From contig JBKCUA010000006.1 of assembly GCA_046318675.1 (NCBI GenBank), positions 30,060-94,059 on the forward strand: DNA of 64,000 nt. Reading direction: 5' to 3'. Source of the DNA: Holosporales bacterium. GTDB taxonomy: Bacteria; Pseudomonadota; Alphaproteobacteria; JAJTHO01. Both the position numbers and the translations under genes were made by a program. Below are positions 50,942 through 60,231 of the stretch, one piece after another (within the stretch, counting starts at the first letter, position 1; each line of letters starts with the position of its first letter). A model generated the notes under the pieces. It saw only the letters and a list, made by a program, of their open reading frames with translations. It was not told the origin of the DNA and made no database searches.

Positions 50942-51826
50942 ATGAGTGCCAAGTCAAAACCAGATGCCGTTAACGCTTACGCCCAAGCTAGGCAACTAGC
51001 GTTCTCCGCCTTAGTCGAGGAGCGTCTGCGTGCCGCCAGTGCCGCCGGTGCGCCGCCGGAAATCCTCTATCTCCTTGCCCGGGATCCCAACGCCGCCGTG
51101 CGCCGCGCTGTGGCCAAAAATACCGTAGCACCCCACCACGCTGATCTTCTCTTGGCCAAGGATAAGGATGAACACACTAGAGAAGCTCTCATGGATAAAA
51201 CCCTGAACCGATTTGATAGCCTCCCAAACCCTGCCCCCGTGCCCAGCTTTATCAGCGAATTACTGCACATTTTTGTCAAAGAACCATTGCGCCGCCTGCG
51301 TATCCGTTTGGCCGAAGCTCTTGCCGACAGTCACAATACCCCCCGCGATATTGCCCGTGATCTAGCACTTGACCCCGATGAAGCGGTGGCGCGCCCTATT
51401 GTTCAACGCTCCCCCGTTCTGATTGATGCCGATTTTGAAGTTATCGCCACCAAAAATCCCAACATAGCCAATGCCCGAACACCCAACCCCCGCGCCACTG
51501 CCCAGCCCCAGGGGATGAGCGAAGAAACCATCCTCCGTGCTATCATTGCCAGGGATAAAATAATTGTTATAAAAGAGATTAGCGAGCGGACTCGCATCAC
51601 TCCTTCAAGCATTGAACGCCTAATCGCCAGTGGCCAAGCTAAAACCATCACCGCCCTATGCTGGAAAGCCGGGCTCAGTGCCACCACCGCCCTACAGCTG
51701 CAACGTCATATCGCCCGTCTTGCCCCCAAAGAAAGCATCCGTCCCCGGCAAAGTGGCGGCTACGCCCTATCGGATAAGGAATGCCGAACGCTGTTGAACA
51801 TTCTTATTCCTGGGGCGGGGGATTGA
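50942..51826 (+). CDS. DUF2336-like helical repeat protein
   Basis: LLARDPNAAVRRAVAKNTVAP...LLLAKDKDEHTREAL repeats typical of alphaproteobacterial DUF2336. Confidence 0.5.
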   Translation: MSAKSKPDAVNAYAQARQLAFSALVEERLRAASAAGAPPEILYLLARDPNAAVRRAVAKNTVAPHHADLLLAKDKDEHTREALMDKTLNRFDSLPNPAPVPSFISELLHIFVKEPLRRLRIRLAEALADSHNTPRDIARDLALDPDEAVARPIVQRSPVLIDADFEVIATKNPNIANARTPNPRATAQPQGMSEETILRAIIARDKIIVIKEISERTRITPSSIERLIASGQAKTITALCWKAGLSATTALQLQRHIARLAPKESIRPRQSGGYALSDKECRTLLNILIPGAGD

Positions 51827-51838
51827 ACAACCAATAAT

Positions 51839-52504
51839 TTATCGAATTGTACTAGGCAATTGCGCGGCCGCCAGGCGCAGTTCATACAAAAGACCTTCCA
51901 CCCGGCCGCCGCTGCGCTGAATCGTTGCGCCATACTGATTACGTAGCACCGCCACCATGCTAAAGCCCTCAATTTCCATATCTAAAACACGCAACCCAGC
52001 CCGATCGCGAGCCACGCGCCAACCCACCTGGATAATTCGCCCGGTCACTGGGTTTGTCACCACCGACAACACCCGTACCTGATCCGTTGCTAACGGCAAC
52101 GATCCAAGCACCTGCAACGTGTGCCCACGATAACGCCGCAGGCGTTCCCGATAATTCAGCATATTGGCGTACTCAAAAAGACGCACGAATTCCTGTTGCT
52201 GCTGATACGTGGCAATAGACCAATACCGCCCCAGCACCAAGGGGGCAATCCGCTGTACATCAAAATGGCCACGGTAGATTTGCTGAAAACGCTTCAAGCG
52301 TTGCTCTTCTGGAATATTTTGATTAGTCAGCTCTCGGATGGCAGCTTGAGCAAGGGAATCAACAAACGCCTCGGCTTGCTTGGGAAACGATGCTACTGGT
52401 GCCACCCCCGGCTGAGGCGATGCAGATTGTTGCGCCCAAACTGGCCGCGCAAACAGACATAAAACCAACCAAACAAACAGCCTAGTTTTTCGCCGCCTCT
52501 CCAT
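51839..52504 (-). CDS. MlaC/Ttg2D-like phospholipid-binding periplasmic protein (copy 2)
   Basis: Start trimmed to MERRRKTRLFVWLV. DVQRIAPLVLGRYW...QQQEFVRLF...WRVARDRAGLRVLDMEIEGFSM. Confidence 0.75.
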   Translation of the reverse strand: MERRRKTRLFVWLVLCLFARPVWAQQSASPQPGVAPVASFPKQAEAFVDSLAQAAIRELTNQNIPEEQRLKRFQQIYRGHFDVQRIAPLVLGRYWSIATYQQQQEFVRLFEYANMLNYRERLRRYRGHTLQVLGSLPLATDQVRVLSVVTNPVTGRIIQVGWRVARDRAGLRVLDMEIEGFSMVAVLRNQYGATIQRSGGRVEGLLYELRLAAAQLPSTIR

Positions 52505-53120
52505 AGGTTTTGCGCCGCATCTCCTCCAGCAGTGGGGCCACTTTTCCGCCATTACGCTCAATCACCGCAGCATACTCCGACCGCAAGGTCAAGATCATGC
52601 TTATTCCCTCCACACCAACATCCACAATCCGAAACATCCCATCTGAACCCTTTTGCACGCGCCACTCCAACGCTACTGCCTCATTGGAGACGGGATCGAT
52701 GACTCGACTGTCCACCAAAACATATTGACCCGTTCCATCGAGACGGGAGCTAACAACCTGCAACTTCTGGCCACGATAATTTTTCAATTTATTTCGGTAC
52801 AACCGCATATTGGATTCCTTGAACAGCTCGACAAAATCACGCTGCTCCAACGGCGTAGCAACATTCCAGTACCGCGCCAGCACTAGGCGGGGAATACGTT
52901 GACTGTCAAAATTTTCCGCATAAGCCTTGGCAAAAGTATCCAGCCGCGCCTGCTCCGCCACGGCGGGATCATTGAGTTGGTTAATAACCCGATCGGCAAG
53001 ACTGGCAATAAATGCTTCGGCAACCGCCCGTCGCTGAGGATCATCCTGTGTTTCTTGCGCCAACACAGGCAAGGACACACACAACAACCAAACGAAAAAA
53101 AAGATGAATTTACGCATCAT
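52482..53120 (-). CDS. MlaC/Ttg2D-like phospholipid-binding periplasmic protein (copy 1)
   Basis: Signal peptide. DSQRIPRLVLARYW...EQRDFVELF...WRVQKGSDGMFRIVDVGVEGISM. Confidence 0.8.
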   Translation of the reverse strand: MMRKFIFFFVWLLCVSLPVLAQETQDDPQRRAVAEAFIASLADRVINQLNDPAVAEQARLDTFAKAYAENFDSQRIPRLVLARYWNVATPLEQRDFVELFKESNMRLYRNKLKNYRGQKLQVVSSRLDGTGQYVLVDSRVIDPVSNEAVALEWRVQKGSDGMFRIVDVGVEGISMILTLRSEYAAVIERNGGKVAPLLEEMRRKTYGEAAKN

Positions 53121-53938
53121 TAAAAATCCTCAAAGGCCTCATCATCGCTTCGGGTGACGGCGTCCCCCGGCTTGCGATTATCAATAAGATAGGTGCGATT
53201 CTGATAGTACAAGCTCCGAATGGAGGCATAGTAATCCAAACTATCACGGCGCAGATCGTTTATAATCTCCAGTCTCTCCTCCCGTGTTGCCAGCGCATCC
53301 GCCGGGTATTGACCATACATTACTTCATCGTACATTGATGCTTTATCAAAGCGATTGGTCACCAACCGCACAGGGTCTAACACCCAATCTACAATCCGGC
53401 CAACGGTATCACGAGCATTAGAGGGCCCAAAAAACGGGAGCATGGTATAAGGTCCCTCTCCCGCACCCCACACGGCCAAGGTCTGGCCAAAATCTTCTGA
53501 TTGCCACGCCACGCCCTCATCCCCAGCAACATCAAAAAGCCCAAGTACACCAAACGTGCTGTTAATCGTAAATCGGGTCAGGGCATCCCCCGCCGTCCGC
53601 AATTCCCCTTGCAACAAGGCGTTCACAAACACCTGCGGCTCACTTAAATTACTCAACACACCCCGTACGCTGTGCCGGATAGGCAGGGTGGTAACAGAGC
53701 GATAGCCCCTAGCCGCAGGCTCAAGAATATAATCATCAAGGCCAAGATTAAAAGAAAAAATACCCCGGTTCACCGACTCCCACGGATCGCTCACCGCACG
53801 GGCATCGGCCATGGGCGGCACCGGCCTCGTCAGCAATGGAGTGGTCGCCGAATAGGAAGGCCGCTGCGCCGCAATGGCCGCAACAGAAACCAAGCTAAAC
53901 CCCAACATCAACGCAATAAACAACCGCATGGCCACCAC
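53120..53938 (-). CDS. mlaA: MlaA/VacJ family lipoprotein
   Basis: DPWESVNRGIFSFNLGLDDYILEPAARGYR is the VacJ signature. TAATG junction with the downstream mlaC-like gene. Confidence 0.88.
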   Translation of the reverse strand: MVAMRLFIALMLGFSLVSVAAIAAQRPSYSATTPLLTRPVPPMADARAVSDPWESVNRGIFSFNLGLDDYILEPAARGYRSVTTLPIRHSVRGVLSNLSEPQVFVNALLQGELRTAGDALTRFTINSTFGVLGLFDVAGDEGVAWQSEDFGQTLAVWGAGEGPYTMLPFFGPSNARDTVGRIVDWVLDPVRLVTNRFDKASMYDEVMYGQYPADALATREERLEIINDLRRDSLDYYASIRSLYYQNRTYLIDNRKPGDAVTRSDDEAFEDF

Positions 53939-54261
53939 TTTCTATCAGGTAAAATGTACCCGGCAATGAAAAAAGAGTTCTGTAAAACACAAAGGTTAAA
54001 AAGTTCCTAAGAACAACGGCGTGCACTGAAATTCCAGCGCACCATACGATGAGCGATGAGCAATAAATTAAACAACCGTACGCTGTTCGTGTCCTCGGCC
54101 ATGGGATCGATTTTCATCGCCTTTGTGCCTTCCCACCCTAATGATAGGACGATTATTATGGCCAGAAAAAGATCGGCAAAAGGTTTCTGTTGAGATAAAA
54201 TATTGTTCTTAAATGTTTTTTTCTTATAAAGAATTTTTAAAAAAATTTTCACAAAAATGAT

Positions 54262-54279
54262 GCACGGCACGGCACGGCA
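54262..54279 (+). repeat. pentanucleotide tandem repeat (GCACG) x3.6
   Basis: Direct reading: gcacg gcacg gcacg gca. Confidence 0.9.
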
Positions 54280-54311
54280 TAATCGGGGCATACTCTTTAT
54301 TGATTTTCAAC

Positions 54312-54542
54312 ATGAAAATTTCAGTTCATGCCTTGGTTCTGGCTTTAGTTTTTTCAGCACCCCTTGGTGCTTGCGCAGCAAAAGAAGAGGAGCCTCCAGC
54401 TCCCATCGCTCCCCCAGCTCCCCCTACCGGGGAGCGAGTGTGCAAAATACAGAAAAAAAAGGAATGCTTTAACATTCCCGCCCCCTCACCCTCCCCCTGC
54501 GGGGATTGGGGGGGAGATTGCAAACCAAAACCAACTAACTAG
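54312..54542 (+). CDS. small Cys-containing putative lipoprotein (76 aa)
   Basis: MKISVHALVLALVFSAPLGAC (lipobox-like LGAC), a Pro-rich linker, then four further Cys. Confidence 0.45.
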   Translation: MKISVHALVLALVFSAPLGACAAKEEEPPAPIAPPAPPTGERVCKIQKKKECFNIPAPSPSPCGDWGGDCKPKPTN

Positions 54543-54552
54543 TTAGTTGGTT
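54529..54552. repeat. 24-bp perfect palindrome spanning the stop codon of the small lipoprotein ORF
   Basis: aaccaactaact/agttagttggtt, checked base by base. Confidence 0.9.
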
Positions 54553-54556
54553 AGTC

Positions 54557-54598
54557 CCCCCCAAGCGACCCTAAAAAGTCTCTTGGGGGGCAATATTT
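54557..54598. terminator. hairpin (9-bp G/C-rich stem, 16-nt loop) between convergent genes
   Basis: ccccccaag...cttgggggg followed by caatatttt. Lies between the small ORF and the end of the T1SS operon. Confidence 0.45.
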
Positions 54599-54692
54599 TA
54601 TGCGTCCCGCACAACCCCACGAACCATTTCGCGCACCAGAGCAAAGAAAAAGCATCCTTTGCAGTCCAAAAGACAAGGATTGTTAACAGGCC

Positions 54693-56060
54693 CTAATCTC
54701 GCAATGCTCTCTTCTGTATATCACTGATGGGTCGCGTAAGGTAACTAAGCACCGATCTTTTACTCCCTAAAATACCAATATCCGCCGTCATACCGGGAAC
54801 AATCCGCATATCCGCCCGGATAGTGGTAGGATCAATGCCAACAACAACCTTATAATAGAGTTGTCCGGTACGCTCATCGGCAAAACTGTCGGCACTAATC
54901 GTATCAAGTTTACCCTCTAAGGTGCCATAACGGGAATAATCCCACGCCGTAAGCCGCACTTCAGCCTTAAGACCTGGCCAAATTTTACTGCGATCTCGAT
55001 CTGGAATCCTGCCCTCAATCACTACACGCCCCCCCGTAGGAGTAATCTCAGCAATAGTCTCCCCAGGTTTTATGACACCACCCAAAGTATGAATGTTGAG
55101 TTTGTTGACAATACCAGTGTCTGGACTAACGACCTCGGTGCGTTGAACCCTATCTGCCTCAAGCTTTTGCCGCTGTTCCAACTGGGCGAGATTTATTTGT
55201 GTTGTTACCAATTCTTCCCGCGCTTCTTTTTGATAGCGCGACCACGCTTCAGCTTTCTGGCTTTCAACTTCTTTAGCCTCCGCTTCCGCAATCTGAATTG
55301 CTCCAGCAGCGTTATCTTTATCTACTGAAAGCTGACTGGCGCGATTCCGAGCATCGAGCAACCGATTACGGGATGTAGCTCCAGCAGCGAATAGTTCTTG
55401 CATATTTTTCAATTGCTCATTGGCAATAGCCAACTGCCCCGTCAACCCAAGCAGACGCGCCTTATTCGTTTCAATAGAGACTTGTTTTTGACGATAGCGC
55501 TCTTCTAGCGTATTAATTGTTTGCATCATCAAATCACGTTTTGTTTGAAAAGCTTGTTCTTCTGTACGTGCTAAATCACCCGTTGCCAGACGAACATCAT
55601 CGGGAATAATGAATGTTTCGAGGTTTTCTGCTTCTGCGGTAAGGCGCAAGATTTTAAGCCGCAGTCCGGCCACATTACCTTCATTTTCCATCAAGGCACT
55701 GGCCGCCGCCTGATTGCGAATCCGAAACAACACATCGCCCGCCTGTACAACACTGCCTTCCGTTACTAAAATATCTTCTACTAAGCCGCCTTCAAGATGC
55801 TGAATAACCTTGTTTTGTCCTGCGGGAATGGTTTTACCGGCACCATGCACGGTCTCATGCACTTTAGCCAGCGCAGCCCACAACAATATCGTCACCAACA
55901 TCGCACTAAAAAGAAGAATAATAGACTCGGCATCCGTGCGCGGTTTACGCCAGAACCGCAACCATTCCCGATAGGCAAAGACACCATGCTTCTTCGTAAG
56001 AAGAATGCACTTGTGTGCAAGAATAGCATGACGCTGAACTAGAGGCATTAGTCGCTTCAT
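54693..56060 (-). CDS. HlyD family type I secretion membrane fusion protein
   Basis: One N-terminal TM helix, lipoyl-like VQAGDVLFRI, long coiled coil, and a C-terminal beta-barrel (IVPGMTADIGILG). Confidence 0.9.
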   Translation of the reverse strand: MKRLMPLVQRHAILAHKCILLTKKHGVFAYREWLRFWRKPRTDAESIILLFSAMLVTILLWAALAKVHETVHGAGKTIPAGQNKVIQHLEGGLVEDILVTEGSVVQAGDVLFRIRNQAAASALMENEGNVAGLRLKILRLTAEAENLETFIIPDDVRLATGDLARTEEQAFQTKRDLMMQTINTLEERYRQKQVSIETNKARLLGLTGQLAIANEQLKNMQELFAAGATSRNRLLDARNRASQLSVDKDNAAGAIQIAEAEAKEVESQKAEAWSRYQKEAREELVTTQINLAQLEQRQKLEADRVQRTEVVSPDTGIVNKLNIHTLGGVIKPGETIAEITPTGGRVVIEGRIPDRDRSKIWPGLKAEVRLTAWDYSRYGTLEGKLDTISADSFADERTGQLYYKVVVGIDPTTIRADMRIVPGMTADIGILGSKRSVLSYLTRPISDIQKRALRD

Positions 56061-57778
56061 GATGCACCTGCCGAAGCAGTCAACCGCCGCAACACCTCAT
56101 CCTTACCACCATCAGCAGTGATCTGCCCGCGATCTAACACTAAAATACGCTGGGTTAAATCCAATACCGGCAACCGGTGGCTCACCGTAATCAAAGTTTT
56201 AGTCGCTAGGATAGGAGCCAAATTGCGTAGCACATGAAGCTCCAAAAACTGATCCATATCCGAAGTGAACTCATCCATAATCAATAAATCGGGGTTATGT
56301 ATCAAAGCGCGCGCCAGAGCGATCATCTGTCGCTGCCCCCCGGAGATATTCTGACCATCCTCCGCAATGGGCAAATAAACTCCTGTTCCACTACTCCCAA
56401 TCCAAGCGGTAATCCCCGTCAGGTGTAAAATCTGATTTAGCCACGCAGTATCGGGCATCTCCCGATAAAAAAGAATATTATCTTTCAAAGTACCCCGAAT
56501 AAAATTGGGATATTGAGGCACAACCCCAAGACGAGCATTAAACAACGATGGCGGAACATAGCGAAGATCATAGCCATCCACCAACACTCTCCCCTCTGCT
56601 GGAGTCACCACACCAGACAAAAGACGCAACAGCGTCGTCTTCCCGCTCCCCGATGCTCCAACAATTCCGACTTTCTGTTGCGGAGCAATGATCAGACGGG
56701 GAATACGGAGCGCATCAACGGCACTCATCCCATAACGACACCGAATATCTTCAGCAACCATAACCCCGATAGTCAAAGGGGTATCAGCAGGAATCTGCCT
56801 GTTTTTATTATCATAAAGGGTGGGGCGTTTCTGGAGATCATCAATACTTTTCAATGCAGCTCGCACCATGGGCAAAGCAGAGATTACTTGAGCCACCCCC
56901 ATTGCCGTGGCCATGGTGCGTCCCGCAAGAATATTAATCGCTATTAACCCCCCCACGGTCAACGCCCGCGCCTGCACTTCCCATACCCCTATGCATAAAA
57001 TCAGCACCGCACCCACCTGTACCAGCAATTGTTGGGTTGACGCGCTCAAAGCATTCAGATGATTCTTATGAAAAATTATTTTCTGCAAATCGGCCACAGC
57101 TTTAGAAAGTTTACGCCGAGGCTCTTGTGCCGCATTATACAATCGAAAACTTTCTTGATTACGGAGAAATTCCAACACCTGCTCATCATGTATTTTTTGT
57201 GTCTTATCTTGGTTTTGTGCCCAGCGCAAGCCGCGCTCCTGCCAATTGTATGATAGTATTATCATCATCGCAGCCATAATAAGCGGCACCAAGGCCAGCA
57301 CCGGGCAAATAAAAAATATTACCAATAAGAACAATAATAGAAAAGGAATATCAACCAACACGGGTAAAAACCGCTGACAATAAAAATCCCGTACTAAATC
57401 CACTTCCCGAAAAAAATACTGTTGCCTACTAATAGAATAAGGCAAACTATCCAAACGTAACGATAATAGCGTATCAAATAACTTACCCTCCAACGCTGCC
57501 CCTGTCCGCAACGTCTGGCGGTCAATCGTTCGATGCCTCGCCAAGCGCAAAGCAAGTTCAAACCCCAGTGCAATCAACATCCCCAACGTCAACGCCGTTA
57601 AGCTATCAAGAGCAAAATAAGGAATCACCCGATCATATACCGCCCGAGTGTAAAGGGGTAGAGCCAACGTCAACGTATTAATGGTAAATGAGGCAAGCAA
57701 CACGTACCAAGCACGCGAACGATTATCCCATAGCGGCTCCCAAAAGGAACCCATTTTATTTTGTAACCACTCCCACAT
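56057..57778 (-). CDS. type I secretion system permease/ATPase (PrtD class, no C39 domain)
   Basis: Six-helix TMD. Walker A GASGSGKTT, signature ISGGQRQ, Walker B LLIMDE, H-loop VSHR. 4-nt overlap with the MFP gene. Confidence 0.92.
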   Translation of the reverse strand: MWEWLQNKMGSFWEPLWDNRSRAWYVLLASFTINTLTLALPLYTRAVYDRVIPYFALDSLTALTLGMLIALGFELALRLARHRTIDRQTLRTGAALEGKLFDTLLSLRLDSLPYSISRQQYFFREVDLVRDFYCQRFLPVLVDIPFLLLFLLVIFFICPVLALVPLIMAAMMIILSYNWQERGLRWAQNQDKTQKIHDEQVLEFLRNQESFRLYNAAQEPRRKLSKAVADLQKIIFHKNHLNALSASTQQLLVQVGAVLILCIGVWEVQARALTVGGLIAINILAGRTMATAMGVAQVISALPMVRAALKSIDDLQKRPTLYDNKNRQIPADTPLTIGVMVAEDIRCRYGMSAVDALRIPRLIIAPQQKVGIVGASGSGKTTLLRLLSGVVTPAEGRVLVDGYDLRYVPPSLFNARLGVVPQYPNFIRGTLKDNILFYREMPDTAWLNQILHLTGITAWIGSSGTGVYLPIAEDGQNISGGQRQMIALARALIHNPDLLIMDEFTSDMDQFLELHVLRNLAPILATKTLITVSHRLPVLDLTQRILVLDRGQITADGGKDEVLRRLTASAGAS

Positions 57779-57795
57779 ATTTTCCCTTAAACAGG

Positions 57796-59646
57796 CTAAA
57801 GTTGCCCAGATTGTTCTGTTAGACTAAAACCAAGACTTTGCAGAATATTCCGTCGAGCGGATGAATCATCACCGCGCAGATAAGGCTCAGCCTGCCCTGC
57901 CTGCGACAAAAGATCAACAATGGCAAACGCATAATCACTGCGCAATCCAACCCGACGCAGGGATGCCTGCTGAATTTTTTCAACATTATCAGCAATAACA
58001 ATCAAATCAAGCTCACCAAGCTTAAATTGACGCTCATACGCTGCATAAAGCTTAATATGTGTCTCGTATTCTTTATCAGCTAGGCGAATCTGCTCTGTTA
58101 AGCTCTCCAAATCCGAAAGCCCCTTACGTACAGATTGGAGCATATCTTGGCGTTTGATATCAAGATCAAATCGAGCACTGCGAATCTGGCTAAGCAACTT
58201 TCGTTGTCCAGCACTATTCAAACCCCCGTCATAAAGACGGTAACTAAGCTGCAAACGTGCCGCTGCTGACTTAACAATACCTGTATCACCACCAACATCA
58301 CGGGACTGATCTCCATCAAGCAATGCATCCAAACTTGGTAGACTTTTGCCGTACTCAGCCCGCTTGCGTCGCTCTAAAACCTCAATTTCACCCTTAGCTA
58401 TTTTTAAATCAAAGTTGTTTTGCTCAGCAGCACGAATGAGATTATCCTGCATCATCAGCGTATCCGGTATAGTAATACTATACATATCGTCAGGGAGTAT
58501 CGATTTAATCCGTCGCTGTACCCCCGTGTACCGCCCCAAAGCAATCCAAGCTTCCTCAAGACTTGCCTGAGCCGTTTTGATTTGCTGCGAGAGGCCAAGG
58601 ATACGCCCCTCCATATATGTCGCCTCTGCCTTACTGGCATCACCTTTTTTGACCCTAGATTGCAAAATTGCGTGCAAATGCTCAAGCCTACTGCGATTTT
58701 CTTCAAGAAAACCTATTTGCCCCTGCAGTCGCCAGCTATTAATGTAGGCGGCAGTTGTGCGCACCACCACTTCCTGATTGATTTTGTCACGACTAAATTG
58801 AGTTACTTCTTCGGCCTTTTTTCGCTCAGCAAAGGCGGCTGATTTACTGCCCCCATCATAAATATTCTGTCTGGCATTAAATGTTGCCTGACCAGAATTA
58901 TTATACCCAGAACCTGAAAAAGTATCCGTACCGCTGCTCGACCGCGTGCGAAACGGGCTGTTATATTCTCGAGATAAAACACCCCGTATATCCGCCGTTG
59001 GCCGATAAGCAGCACGGGCTTCATCTACACCCGCACGCGCTTCTTCAAGGCGTTCCCGGGCAATGGCTACCTCCGGCATTGCCGCCATTGCATCTTCTAG
59101 AATAAGATGCAATGATACCACCTCACCATCAGCCCCACGCGGCGGCACCGTTGCTGCCTCGGCAGAACTCGACTTCGCAGGCTCAGGAGCAGACTCAGGA
59201 GCAGTAACTGCCACCGCCACTGCCTCAACCGGGGCAGCTTCACGAGGGGCTTCTGCCACTGCCTCAGGAGAACTGTCGGGCACAGCTTCTGCAGGGGCAG
59301 GGACTTCAGATGCCTGAACCGCTTGAGTCAGTTCCTCTTCAACTGTTCCCGGCGTTGTCACGGGCACGGATGGTGCCGCAGTGACAATTTGAGGTTTTTC
59401 TGCAACAGGTTCTGTAACAACAGCAGATGCAGGTACAGCAGCCGGCACCGGGGTAGCGACCGCAGCACTTTCGCCTTCTTCGGGGATTTTATCAGGCGCA
59501 GGTGCCACAGGATAAGCACCAATAAGACCCCATATATCCTGAGCTGGCTGTTCTTGAGCGGCAACCAGCATTGGCTGTGCCAGCCCCAACAATACCGCTA
59601 CCATAAGGGTTTTATTGTGAAACACAAATCGCCCCCATACTCCCAA
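57796..59646 (-). CDS. TolC family outer membrane channel with an N-terminal Pro/Ala/Glu/Val-rich extension (alternative ATG start at 59604)
   Basis: From about residue 185 the two TolC repeat halves are recognisable (LEDAMAAMPEVAIARERLEEARAGVDEARAAYRPT...). The preceding ~150 aa are low complexity. Confidence 0.82.
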   Translation of the reverse strand: MGVWGRFVFHNKTLMVAVLLGLAQPMLVAAQEQPAQDIWGLIGAYPVAPAPDKIPEEGESAAVATPVPAAVPASAVVTEPVAEKPQIVTAAPSVPVTTPGTVEEELTQAVQASEVPAPAEAVPDSSPEAVAEAPREAAPVEAVAVAVTAPESAPEPAKSSSAEAATVPPRGADGEVVSLHLILEDAMAAMPEVAIARERLEEARAGVDEARAAYRPTADIRGVLSREYNSPFRTRSSSGTDTFSGSGYNNSGQATFNARQNIYDGGSKSAAFAERKKAEEVTQFSRDKINQEVVVRTTAAYINSWRLQGQIGFLEENRSRLEHLHAILQSRVKKGDASKAEATYMEGRILGLSQQIKTAQASLEEAWIALGRYTGVQRRIKSILPDDMYSITIPDTLMMQDNLIRAAEQNNFDLKIAKGEIEVLERRKRAEYGKSLPSLDALLDGDQSRDVGGDTGIVKSAAARLQLSYRLYDGGLNSAGQRKLLSQIRSARFDLDIKRQDMLQSVRKGLSDLESLTEQIRLADKEYETHIKLYAAYERQFKLGELDLIVIADNVEKIQQASLRRVGLRSDYAFAIVDLLSQAGQAEPYLRGDDSSARRNILQSLGFSLTEQSGQL

Positions 59647-60226
59647 ACAGTGCCTCTGTGCTGGCGTCCGCCTGTGTTTTGATTTTTATTTTATTGGCTG
59701 GGAACCCTGTTTCCAGAGCAAAGTTTCTCAACACCAAGGTGCGCTGCAATTGTATCTCTCGCCCCCAGCCGTACATATTAATCCGCTCCGCTACCGATGC
59801 CGTAATGGCCAGAACCCCACGGCATGTTTTAGAAAAACCTTTAAAATATTCCATAATTACGACTTTATTTTCTTCTGTAGGAACAGAACCAAAATCCTCA
59901 AACACGACACGCAACACACCGCCATCTGTCGTCACGGTCTGTTTTGACGAAGGCATAACAACCGCCTTGATATTCTGCAGCAATTTTGTCATGCTTTCAA
60001 TTTCTTCCGCGACTTGAGAACGTTGCTGCTCTAAAAGACTAATTGTTGAATCGGCTTTTTTTGCTTCAGCAATAGCTTCTTGAGCCGCACGCACATAATT
60101 AGTCCCCATATAAAACACGATCATAGAAACAATCATCATGAAAAATACGAAGACAATCAGCACCGTGGATAAAATATCCACAAACCCAGGCCACGGCACC
60201 TCATCAGTATCATCAGAACCAGCCAT
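59612..60226 (-). CDS. MotB/ExbD/TolR-like (SiiA-like) single-pass protein with a degenerate OmpA-like C-terminus
   Basis: WPGFVDILSTVLIVFVFFMMIV has an Asp at the cytoplasmic edge of the single TM helix, as in MotB-type stator plugs. A coiled-coil linker follows. The C-terminal QLQRTLVLRNFALETGFPANKIKI resembles the OmpA_C tail. Confidence 0.6.
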   Translation of the reverse strand: MAGSDDTDEVPWPGFVDILSTVLIVFVFFMMIVSMIVFYMGTNYVRAAQEAIAEAKKADSTISLLEQQRSQVAEEIESMTKLLQNIKAVVMPSSKQTVTTDGGVLRVVFEDFGSVPTEENKVVIMEYFKGFSKTCRGVLAITASVAERINMYGWGREIQLQRTLVLRNFALETGFPANKIKIKTQADASTEALFGSMGAICVSQ

Positions 60227-60231
60227 AATAC

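Noticed and set aside
54007-54291. 94-aa minus-strand ORF starting in the pentamer-repeat cassette (MPRLCRAVPC...)
   Set aside because: It is AT-rich and Lys/Ile/Phe-rich with no family resemblance. The equivalent minus-strand frame at the homologous 12.8 kb cassette is only 21 codons, so the coding reading is not conserved. It is mentioned only as an alternative reading of the repeat.
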